DNA of 64,000 nucleotides from Azolla caroliniana (lineage: Eukaryota > Plantae > Polypodiophyta): positions 11,036,001-11,100,000 of the forward strand of contig JBHGNT010000017.1 in NCBI GenBank assembly GCA_043228905.1, read 5' to 3'. Under the pieces are notes generated by a model that worked only from the letters and a program-made list of their open reading frames with translations, made no database searches and was not told the DNA's origin. Both the position numbers and the translations under genes were made by a program. This document shows, one piece after another, positions 21,901-32,329 of the stretch; positions within the stretch are counted from its first letter, which is position 1, and every line of letters begins with the position of its first letter.

Positions 21901-24692
21901 ACCTCTTCCAGCTGGGATGCTTTCACCCTTTGGGATATCGTCATTTCTCTTTCTAGGGCTTCCTGTGCTTGGCGTAGTTCCCGGATCGCCACTTTGTCCG
22001 GCTCGTCCGGCATTGTGATGTACGGCTCTACTGCTGCCGTGATATCCACCTCAAAAAGTGGGACGATCTGTGGGTGTTCCTCGAGGTACCGATCAACTTC
22101 CTCATCCGGTAAGCCCTCCAACATGTTGATGCTTTCGGCATATAAAGGGGTTGCCTCCTTGCTAGTGAGCACCCGTGGTTGCGTGGCTACCCGTACCTTT
22201 GTTTTCCCTCGTCGGAACGTGATCATATTCTTTTGCCAGTTTTGCTTGATAAGCGCCGTTCGCAGCCATGGTCGTCCTAACAGTAGGGGATATGCGCCTT
22301 GTACATTCAGCTCTAGTACCACGGCCGATATACGGAATACGTGGCCTCCTATTGTTACTTCCAGGTCCCGGATAAGACCCGTTGGTCGGACTGAGCTTGT
22401 ATCCGCCATGCGTAACCAGAAGGGGCATGGTTCCCACTCCTGGATGCCTGGGTCGTCGCATGTCTGTCGACTAATGACGTTCACCCCGGAGCCTCCGTCA
22501 ATAATTGTTCCTGGAATCTCCTTTCCTTTGACGATTGTCGTGATTGCTGGGCTACTGGTATCAACCACCGCTGGGCCTTCCTCCGGGTTGGAGAAAAATG
22601 CCGGTGCCGGCGTCGGCGTCGGTTTGCTCACGGCGGCTTGTAAGTCTGCTGTAAACCGCGGCACCAACTGTAGTAACCGTGCCAACGGCAGCACGATCTG
22701 ACAATCTTGTAGTGCTTGCCATGTCGGGTTTTCTCCTGGCTATACGATTTCCTCCTCCCTTGGCATATTTTGGTTTCTTACTTCCGCCGCACCTTGTTCG
22801 TTGGCTTCTTTGATCCATTGTGCCGCTTGTTTTCTGATTGCTTCCTGGGCTTCCCATTCGGCGGCCTTCCCTTTCGACCGCGTGGTAACCTGCTGTACTT
22901 CGGCTGTCACCATGTTGACTGCTGGCTGCTTGTCGGCTGTTTTGCTTGGGCATTGATTACTGTAATGCCCTTCTTTTCGGCAGTAATAACAATACACCCT
23001 GTGCGTGTTGCTGGATTCTCCTTTTTCCCATGTTTGGGGGAGGGGCATTCCCCGGCGGTTGTCCTCGGTTTTTTGGTTCTCCGGTGCCGCTACTGGTTTG
23101 TCATTCCTTGTTGCCTCCCGACGCTCCTCTCTACGGAAGAATCCACGCCTTTGGTTCCGTCGGAAATTCCGGTTCCCTGGCCGCCTTTCTTCTCTGCGTC
23201 GCTCGTATTCCGGGGATTCGTCTCGGTCGTACCGGTCCCGGGGGTAGCTATCCCTTCGGTTCTCCTCTCGGTCGTACCGGTCCCGGGGGTAGCTATCCCT
23301 TCGGTTCTCCTCTCGGTCATAGCTGTCGCGTCTTCTATCGGGGTATCTGTCGCCGCGTTCTCGTCGGTAGCGGTCGTCCCTCCGGAATCGATCCTCTTCC
23401 GGGTCCCGATTGCGCGGTTCTATGTGTCGGACCGGTGCCGCTTGTCGAGTTAACAGGTTATACTCGCATTGGTTCGTTGTGTGGGCGCGAGAATTGCATA
23501 TCATGCACTGTGCGCGCAGGGTGCAGTCAACGGTCGAGTGCCCCGAATTTAGGCATGTTGTGCATTGTAGGGCTTGTCGGAACCGGAGGTCCTCCTCCTT
23601 CGGAAGCGCCTGGTGTAACGCCCCCATCGGCAAGAAGGGGCTCGTGTTGTCCATTTCCAGGACCCGATCAATGACTTGGTCCATTGTGCTGGTGCTGAAA
23701 TCGATGATTCCACACATCGCTCGAAGTGGGTCTTTTAACGCAGCCAAAAAGACTGCCTTGGCCTCCTCTTCGGGTGGTGCTCTTGCTAATTGACTGTGCA
23801 AGGTCTGGAAACGAATGATAAATTGTGGGACCGTCTCGTTTTCTCCCTGCCGAGTGGTGTAGAATTGTCCGACCAATTCCCTTTGTTCCACTCGTCTATG
23901 AAACAAGCGTAAAAACTGGGTTTTCAATGCCTCGAACGTGGCGAAGCTGCCTGGTAAGTGCTTGTCGTGCCACCGGGCCGCCGGTCCTTCTAATGTCATG
24001 CCGAATTCGGCGACTTTGGATCGGTCGGCCTCGGGCTCCGTCAGTCTCTGGGACACGTGGTTGGCTTCCCATGTTCGCAGGAATGCATACACATGTGCCT
24101 CTCCGTCGGGCTCATCCCGATACTTTGGGTACGGATACGGCATCGTGTCGTCCCACTGATTCTCCTGCGTTGGTTCCTCCGATGTCGGTCTCCGCTCCTG
24201 CGGTTCCTCCGCAGGTGGTGTTGGTATCCGCTCCTGCGGTTCCTCCGCGGGTGGTGTTGATAACCGCTCCTCCCTCCTCGGCGATTGCCGGTCACCGAAC
24301 TCCAGAGTTAGTTCCTCCTCTGGCTCCGATGTTGCTGAGTGATCCGACTCAAAGGGGTTGTTCTCGTGGCTGCTTCTATAGCGGGATCCCACGCTTTCCC
24401 CGCTATCCGAATCCGCCTCTAATGTTGCAAATGCCGCTGCGTCCCCGTCGCCGCCAGCGAGAGTCTGTAGTAGTGTCTCCGCTTCTTGGAGGCTGGTTAT
24501 GCTACTGCCTTCGTCGGAAGCTTGTAGAACCTGGAACTGCAGTGCGTCTTCTGCGATTTGCCGAAGCGTTTTTGAGAATGACCGATCGCGCCGGATCTCG
24601 TCGACGGCTTGCTGCAGGGCTTCCCGTCGTCGCTGCCGTTCGGCGTGGCGTCTCCCTCTTTCGGTGATGTGGTCGTTATTTTGTCTAGACAT
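18972..24692 (-). CDS. gag-pol: Element A Gag-Pol (three CCHC knuckles, PR, RT, RNase H, INT), one in-frame TAG at 22740-22742
   Basis: IIDGGSGVN protease; RVCVDYRKLN, FLDGFSGYNQI, VFLDDF RT; VDASD/TEREAL/VDH/VADYLSR RNase H; H..H..CELC, GLDFVGP, SDQGGHF, NGLAES, WTGPF integrase. The gag and pol ORFs share one frame; no extra archaeal-type RNase H seen. Confidence 0.95.
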
Positions 24693-24719
24693 CCATCCCC
24701 CGGTTGTCCTCTGCACTCT

Positions 24720-24738
24720 GCAGGAATCGTGGTCGCCA
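24720..24738 (-). promoter_or_regulatory. 5' PBS of element A (TGGCGACCACG, tRNA-Arg type)
   Basis: Starts with TGG 6 nt inside the 5' LTR; the 19-mer is identical in element D (48103-48121). Confidence 0.85.
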
Positions 24739-24744
24739 AAATAG

Positions 24745-25115
24745 TGTTGTATGTATGGCTGGACTAGCCGCAACACAGGTGTCTATCCGACACTTCTCCA
24801 AAGGGGTGGTAGGGATAGAATGTTAATACACGCGTATGATAATTACACTTAAGCACAGACGAAGACAAGATTAATCAGCATAAGCAAAACTATATTAATT
24901 CTTCGCCCCTTCATTACAAAACATCGGATCCTTTTATAGGCATCCGGCCAGATTACAATCGGTGCTCGGTAGGCAACCGTTAACCGAAACCGAATCGGTT
25001 CGGATCCGGATCGGTTACAACTACCGGATCCGTCCCTCCTAATAATTCTATTCCTATTTCTATATTTATCCGATCCGACCTTGCTTTCCCATTTGCCTTC
25101 TCTGACCGGCCAACA
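24745..25115 (-). repeat. 5' LTR of element A
   Basis: Direct repeat of 15037-15407. Confidence 0.97.
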
Positions 25116-25734
25116 GTACTATTCCTGATAGTTTGAACCAGTTTTCCTCCTTTGGCCTACTTGTCGTTCTCCTTCATCCTCCTACCCTTTTCCCTATACT
25201 ATGGCTACTCTTAGCGCCCAAGAATATCAATCCGTTTTCTCCGAGCTACAGTGCCTAAAAGAAAAATTTGTTGCCTTGGAACAAGAAAACCAATTGTTAC
25301 CGATTAGGAACACGGTCTGCAGTCAGTCCTTCGACCTAGACCTACAAGTGATTGTGAAACAACGAATGGTGGCGTCTATGCGTAATACGTAGTGGAATGT
25401 TCCCCGTAACCTAGCAGCGTATAAGGGCGATGGCTACAACCGACTCCTTAGCAATGGTTACACTCACGTTCTTACACTCTCAAGTGTTCCAGACACACAG
25501 TAGATTAGTCGTAGCTATACACAAATATTCAGAGAAGATAGAATTCTATTACGATACACTTCTTTACATTCCCAAAATACACGCCCCTCTAACAGAGGTT
25601 TTCTACCCTTTATATACGCATGGTCTATTTAGCCGTTAACGCTTCCTGCGTGAACCGTTACATGCGTTATGATCTTATATTATTTCTTATTCCTACGCTC
25701 TTGTCCGTCGATTACTATTCCGGCGGACAACACC

Positions 25735-25775
25735 TGGCACGCTTATGGGACAGTGCCCTGGCACGTCGGACCCAT
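25735..25775 (+). promoter_or_regulatory. Inverted tRNA-Arg PBS-like module at the PPT position (element B)
   Basis: TGGCACGCTTATGGGAC-AGTGCCCTGGCACG-TCGGACCCAT, 2 nt from the LTR. Confidence 0.78.
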
Positions 25776-25779
25776 CCTG

Positions 25780-28545
25780 TTAATCTTCTTCCAAAATGAC
25801 CTGGATGTTTGGCTCTGCTACGGTGTCTGCGTCCGGAGGCGACGTAGGGCCCGTAGGTGCATCGTGGTGTGGTTCCCTTGTTTGGTCGGAATGGCTTCTC
25901 CCGGTGTCGCAGTCGTCATGTGTGGGCGGTCCGGGTATGGTGGGCTCTTCTTGAGCTAGGGGGTTGGGCTCCGCCGTCGTCGTGCTTGCGGTCGGCCGCG
26001 ACTCTGTCTCAATCGTTACTTCCTCCGTGGTGTCAGTCGTCGTTGTACGCTCCGGGGAGTGGGGTTGCGATTCCGCCTGGCCCGAAACGTTCTCCATGTG
26101 GTCCGCCGATAGCGTGGGCTCTTGCGGATGGGGCTCCTCTTGGGCAGCGATTTCGCTATTTGGTACTGTGGGGGACTCCGCTCGTCGGTCCGCGCTGTTC
26201 ACCGTTGTTGTAATTTTTGGTGATCTAGCCTAAGGTTCCTCTTCTTCAGTTGTGCCCGGAATTGGCGTCGCACTGGATTCCTCATTTGTTCGCGTGTTGC
26301 CGGCTTGTGTGATCTGGTGAAATAGCTCCTCCTGGCTTTCACCAAAATCATGTAAGAGCTGCGTGAGTTCTTCGGAATGTTGGTTCGCTAGCGCATGATA
26401 GTCTTGTGCTAGGTCCTCGCGTATGGCCGCAATGCTCTCCTCATTTAGTTTATAGAAACCTCGGCCGTCTTTTCGCCGGTTCTCCCAGTCCGCACGATAC
26501 GCGTGCAATTCCGCTGCTTGGGTTGCCCTCACCATCCATCGTTTGTCCAACGCCATTTTCAATTGTGTTGTGAACCTCTCCCGATTTGTATATAGAAAGA
26601 TACGCACGTTGTCTATGATGGACTGGCAACGGTTGCGTGCGTCCTCCACCGACTTCTTGAGGTTTGCAATTTCTTGCTGCCTAACCGCTGCCGCTTCTTC
26701 GTACGTGGTCTTCAGGCCCGCCCACAGCTGGGATTCCTTTGCATGTTGTTCTTCTAATCTCCCCATTTCATTGTTTAGGCGGATTTTGAGTTGATGCCTT
26801 CTTTCCTGTTCGACCACCAGCTCTTCGTCGAACCATACCTTCTTTTTCTCCAATAAGGCCTGGAGTCCCGCAATTGCTGCCTCCGATTTCTTCGCTTCAT
26901 CCTGTAATTGGGCATTTTTGTCTTTTGTCCGGATGTGTTGTACTACCTCTGTAGTGAGTTTCTCTTCAAGGGTTTTTACTGCCATCCGGCCGTTAGACCG
27001 GATCTCCTTTTCTCTGTCTGAGGATTGGCGCAGTTCAGCTCGAAGGTGGTCAATTTCCGATTCCGCTAGTTCCACGGCCCTTTTCGCTTTTGAGGCGATG
27101 ACGGTCTAAGCCTCAATTTCTTCCTTCAAAGCATCGATGGCGTGGCTTGGTGGCGGAGTTGCCTGTTGCGCCGTAGTCGCGTTAGATTCGAACTCCACGA
27201 TGCGTTCGCTGGCTCTTTGCAGCTCAGCTTGGGTCATTTTCACCTTCTTCCAGACATTCTTATTTTTAATGGCCATCTCCTTGGTGCCCGTGCTGACCTT
27301 TGCCAGTCCCCTATGGATTTCGACTAGGGTCGTGTTTAATGGGGGTAGCTCCATCCCCACTCGGCGTACACTGGCATTCCTCTTTCTGCCGACCCTGGCT
27401 AGCCGGTCCCCATCGTCGCTCTCCGCCGTTTGTGTTAGGGCGCACTCTATCATCAGGCGCTCCGCATGCTCATCGGCCATTCGTTGTGAGGCCTTTATCT
27501 GTTGTGTTGCCAGGAATTCCATAAGCTCAAAAGAGGTTCCGAATTGTAAGAGGGCGTTGAACTCATGGGTCATGTCCGGGATATTTGGATATGTCAAAAC
27601 CTCGCTTTCCGTCGTTAATACGGCTTTCCCTCATTGGGACTGGGTCGTAATGATCGGTCGTGGCTCCCGGATGATTTCGAAGGTGGTATTAGGCTCCTTA
27701 GTTGCGGAGCCATCGCCTTCGGTCGTTGTCTCTGCCGCCGTGGGGACGTCTTTGACCAATCCCCGCCCATCTTTCCCGTCCAATCTACGCCGTTTCGGTC
27801 TGGGGCTATCCTGTTGTGTTTCGGCGTCTGGCTCTGGGGCTGCTTCCGCGGAGCGTGCCGGTTGTTCCTCCTGCGTTGTCCATATGTCTAGCTGGGTGGG
27901 AGGTGTTGTCCACGTGTCTGGCTAGGCGGTTTGGGGTTCCTCTTCCCACTCTGGGGCAGCTAACTCCGCTAACCTACGCTTCGCAGATCGGGGCGGAGGC
28001 GTGGGTCGGCTGGGCTGCGGTGTCAGCAGGCCTCGGGGTGGGAATACCATCGTAAGGTACTGTTGGATGATCGGCTTGAGCTTTTTGCCTGCCTGATACG
28101 CATGCAGGCCTTCCCTTAACGCCGGCCTTGTGATGACCCCCCAATCAACCGCACACCCTTTAAAGGTATCGATAATGATACCCGCCTTCTGCTTGGGCAT
28201 CCCATATGCATTAACATGTGTGCAACCGACCTCTAACAGGAACTTGGCAACTTCACGGAAGAAGGGATCCAGGATCTGCTTCGTTCTACAAGCCTTGGAG
28301 GAGGAGAAATATGGCCCGAAATATCTTTGCAGCGCCTCTGCAGGATGGGTTTCGAAATGCTTTTCGCCTAGCAATTACAGGTCCAACTTTTTCTGGATGG
28401 AAGAGTTGGTGACCGTGTCGATGTTAAGCTTTCTGGCAATGTCCATGGCATCCGGGTGTGGGGGTGCCTCTGCGACCCGGATGTACCCATCCAGGCGTTT
28501 CTCCATGAGCCATCGGCATAAGGCAGTAGACATGAAGATCGACAT
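25780..28545 (-). pseudogene. Element B accessory ORF (broken)
   Basis: WLMEKRLDGYIRVAEAPPH, YFGPYFSSSKACRT, AVDWG, AAELHAYRADWENRRKDGRGFYKLNEESI; homologous to A and D. Confidence 0.85.
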
Positions 28546-28699
28546 CGATAGAGTAGGTTCGTGAGAAGGAGACTGGTGGTTGCGGTGGGTTGGAGCTCTG
28601 TGATAGGATGGAGGAGAAGGTGAAGGGGAGGAGCGATGGGAGCGCTGATAGTTAGAAGGTGGGTTTCTGTTTTGTGCAAAAGATTTTCTATTTCCATCT

Positions 28700-31600
28700 T
28701 TTTGTGGCTTAGGGTTCATTGGGCCGTGAGCCATCGTGGTGCCGCGTGTTCTTGATCTAGGAGTCTGTGCCCATGCGGGTTTGGAAAACCAGCACCGCTC
28801 GATCGATGGCGAACTCCTTTTCCCTTGCGTTCCGGTGTCGATCCACAAATGCTTTACACCCTCGTTGTTCTTGCTCCACACAACCATGCTGTGTATGCGT
28901 TGTTCCCCGAGTTCGAGTAGCTGGTGGAGCCGTACCTCCTCCTACTTGGCTTCAGATAGTCGGTCCCGTACCTGAATCCGCAAACTGGGTACCTGAAATT
29001 CTACCGGCATCATAGCCTCCAGCCCAAACACTAGTCGAAACGGTGTTGACTGTATGCTTGTTTAACTGGCCGTATGAACCTCACCTTCAAGAGTTTGTCA
29101 ATTTCTTCTTTTACACCGGTCGCGTAGTTTGGGTTCATGCGGTAGAGGCGCTGCTGGACGGGTTTTGCGTCGGTTGCTAAAGTGATCTTATGTTGATAGA
29201 ACTTGGGATCCAACCCCTTCATGTCCTCGTGAGCCCAAGCGAACACATCTTTATATTTCTTGAGTAGTGTGATCATCGTGTTTCTCTGGTCCGGCCTTAA
29301 TTCCTTTGCGATGGAGAGGAGACGGGGTTCTGACTCCGTCCCCACATTTACTTCGTCCAGGGCGGAGGCGGCGACTCGTCGTGAAATTTCCATTTCCCTT
29401 TCGAATGTTGCCCGTGCTCTGCTGAGTTCCAATATGGACTCTAGGTTTGGTTCGTAAGCCTCATCGTGGAGAATAGTGGCCGTTGCATATTCCGCCGCGG
29501 TTGTGATCACGTCGATTTCGAACAGCGGAATGATCCGAGGATGCTCATCTAGGTATGCCTCTAATTCTACATCCTCCACCCCAACCATCATATTTATATC
29601 TTCTACGTATAATGGTGTTATACCCTTGGGTTGTGGCGTGCTTCCTTCCGTAGGTACGCGAAACTTAGCGTGTGTCCGTGTCGGAAACTGATACACTTGT
29701 GTTGCCAGCTCTGCTTGATATTTGCTGCCCGAAGCCATGGTCTACCCAGAAGCACTAGGTATGCCCCTAGGGCGTCCAAGGCAAGGATGACCGTCGAGAT
29801 GTCGAAGCGATGTCCGCCCACTATAATGCCTATCTTGCGAATTAACCCAATGGTCGTACTGAGCGGGTATCTGCCATTCGGAGCTAGAATGGGCAAGCCT
29901 CCCATTCTGAAATGCCTAACTGCTCGCAAGTTTTCGCGCTAATTACATTGACGCCTGAGCCGCCATCGATTACGCATCCAGGAATTTCTTGTCCGTGTAA
30001 TATTAATGTAATAGCCGGGTTGTGGTGATCCACTACAGGCGGTTCGTCGCTAACATCTGTAAGGTTTGTAGCGACGCTCACCCCGGGTATGCCTGTCACC
30101 CGTTCTTCCATGGTTTGGCGAAAGCGTGGAACTAGCTGCAACAGCTTCTCCATGGTTAACGTTATCTCGTAGCCCGCTAATGCCTGCCAAATGGGGTCCG
30201 GGACCGGTCCTTCGTCCTCCACTCGCTCCCTCGTATTTGCGGACTCCTTCCGCATGCGTGTATTGGTCGCGTTAGCTTTTTCCACCCATGCCTGGGCTTG
30301 TTGTCGTATCTCATCTTGCGCGACCCAATCAGCCATTCTTTTTTGCTAGCGTGTCGTGACTTGCTGCACTTCTGCCATAATTGTATTGACGGCGGGCCCC
30401 TTGCCCTTTCGTGCTAGGCATTGTGTGGCATAATGTCCGGGTTGCTGACAAATAAAACAATGGATGCTTGATTCGCCCTTCTCAGCTCCTGGTGGTGTGT
30501 GCCGATCCCTTGGTGCGACTTGCTCCTCACGGTCCGGCCTTGTTTGTCGGAACGCATGCGGTGGTTCTTGGTGTGGTTCTTGGTGTCACTCATCTCCTGC
30601 AGGAGCTTTCGTTCTAACGCCGGTGATCTCGATTTTGCCGCGGCTTCCCACGATAACCATTGAAGCCGCCACGTTTGTTTGTTGGCCGGTGATTCTCATA
30701 GCGCCGGCCCCCTTTAGCATAACTCGGAGGTCCACGATAATTCTCATCCTCTGGTTCATCTTCCTCGGAATCGTTGTGATTTCGGTGATTCCGGTGCTGC
30801 CGGTCGTCACGTGGGTTGCGATCCACAAACCGTGGTCGGTCTTCTTGCCTCCTTTGTTCAGTACGGCGTGGGGGACGTTGTGTGTCCATGCTGCGTACTG
30901 TGGGAGTGGCTCTGTTCAACATATTGTATTCGCATTGTTCCACTATGTGAGCCTTTGAGTGGCCGATTGGGTAGTGGATTCGCATGTTGCACTCCACTGC
31001 GGAATGCCCCGAGTTCAAGCACATTGTGCACTGGATTGCTTGACGAAACTGGCGTTCCTCGTTTGGGGTAACGCTTGTCGTAAGGAGGACATAGAAAACC
31101 TTTCCTCCTCCTCGTCCAACTCAAGTTGTAACACTCGTTCAATGACCATATCCGTCGTTTCCCCTTTTACGCTATTGTTGTTGAGTGTTGCCCGTATAGG
31201 TCGGCGTAATGCTGCCAGAAATGTCTCTCGAGCCTCGTCCTCCGCGGGGCTCCGTTCTAGTTTTCCGCCGTAAATTTTGGAAACGTAAGCTGAAGTCTGT
31301 GATCGTCTCGGTTGACAGTTGCTTAATCGTGTAGAATTGTCTGAGGATTTCGCGTTGTGGAACCCTCCGATGGAAGAACCGCAAGAAGGCGGACTACATC
31401 TAATCGAAGGTTGTGATTGCTGGTAAATCCATTTGTGAATGCCAAAATGTCGCTCGCCCATCCAATGTTAACCCGAACTCTGTCATTTTTGACTGGTGCG
31501 CTACCGCCTCCGAAAGGCTCTACGCCATGTGGTTCACATTCCAGACATTAAGGAACATGCGAATATGGGTTGCGGCGTCGGTTTCGCTGTTAAAGCGGGG

Positions 31601-31720
31601 ATAGGTCGCTGAGGCGAGGCTTTTGCCGTGTGCATTCCTCTACCTAGTGTGTGACGGACCTTGTGATTGGCCGGTCTTGTCGTGTTGGTTCTCTGGGGCA
31701 TCTGCGACTAAACATCCATT
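28700..31720 (-). pseudogene. gag-pol: Element B gag-PR-(RT/RH/INT deleted) pseudogene
   Basis: Fragments CLNSGHSAVEC, WQALAGYEITL, DVFAWAHEDMKGLDP...IRPVKQA joined to PFRLVFGLEAMMPVEFQVPSL. Confidence 0.88.
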
Positions 31721-31751
31721 CGTCGTTGTTCGTCTGTGAGAAGACACAGAT

Positions 31752-31765
31752 CACCAAGCGTGCCA
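31752..31765 (-). promoter_or_regulatory. 5' PBS of element B (TGGCACGCTTGGTG, decayed tRNA-Arg(UCU)-type)
   Basis: TGG start 4 nt inside the 5' LTR; same family as the PBS at 58171-58183. Confidence 0.8.
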
Positions 31766-32329
31766 AAAGTGTTACCGATTAGGAACACGGTCTACAGTCA
31801 GTCCTTCGACCTAGACCTACAAGTGATTCTGAAACAACGAATGGTGGCGTCTATGCGTAATACGTAGGGAAATGTTCCCCGTAACCTAGCAGCGTATAAG
31901 GGAGACGGCTACAACCGACTCCTTAGTAGTGGTTACACTCACGTTCTTACACTCTCGGGTGTTCCAGACACACAGTAGATTAGCCGTAACTATACACCGA
32001 TTTTCAGAGGAGATAGAATTCTATTACGGTACGCTTCTTTACATTCCCAAAATACACGCCCCCTCTAACAAAGGTTTTCTGCCCTTTATATACGTACGGT
32101 CTATTTAGCCGTTCACGCTTCCTGCGTAAACCGTTACATGCATTATGATCTTATATTATTTCTTATTCCTACGCTCTTGTCCGTCGGTTACTAGTCCGGC
32201 GGACAACACCAACGGCTGATCGGGGATCTGCAACAAATCGCTCTAGAAAAACAACAAACGCAGCAACCGCATGGGGAGTTAGCGTTACGGGTACAACAAC
32301 TCGAAGCAGCATTGCAACACCCAGTACAT

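Larger units (their letters stand above)
15037..25115 (-). mobile_element. Element A: full-length young Athila/Tat-superclade-like gypsy with accessory ORF, no PPT
   Basis: 371-bp LTRs at 15037-15407 and 24745-25115, no differences seen; TSD GTACT (15032-15036, 25116-25120); TATA CCTATAAAAG on - strand; gag-pol then accessory ORF. Confidence 0.97.
25295..32208 (-). mobile_element. Element B: older, internally deleted member of the same group
   Basis: LTRs 25295-25732 and 31770-32208 (diverged, mostly transitions); TSD CCAAT/CCAAC; degenerate gag and PR (CVIDGGSGVN); RT start fused to integrase tail at ~29055; degenerate accessory ORF. Confidence 0.93.

Noticed and set aside
15037-25115. Element A actually oriented + (left TGG site as the only PBS, ORFs antisense)
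   Set aside because: TATA box, all ORFs and a conserved PBS are on -, and the right end has no + strand PPT either, so reversal does not restore a normal layout.
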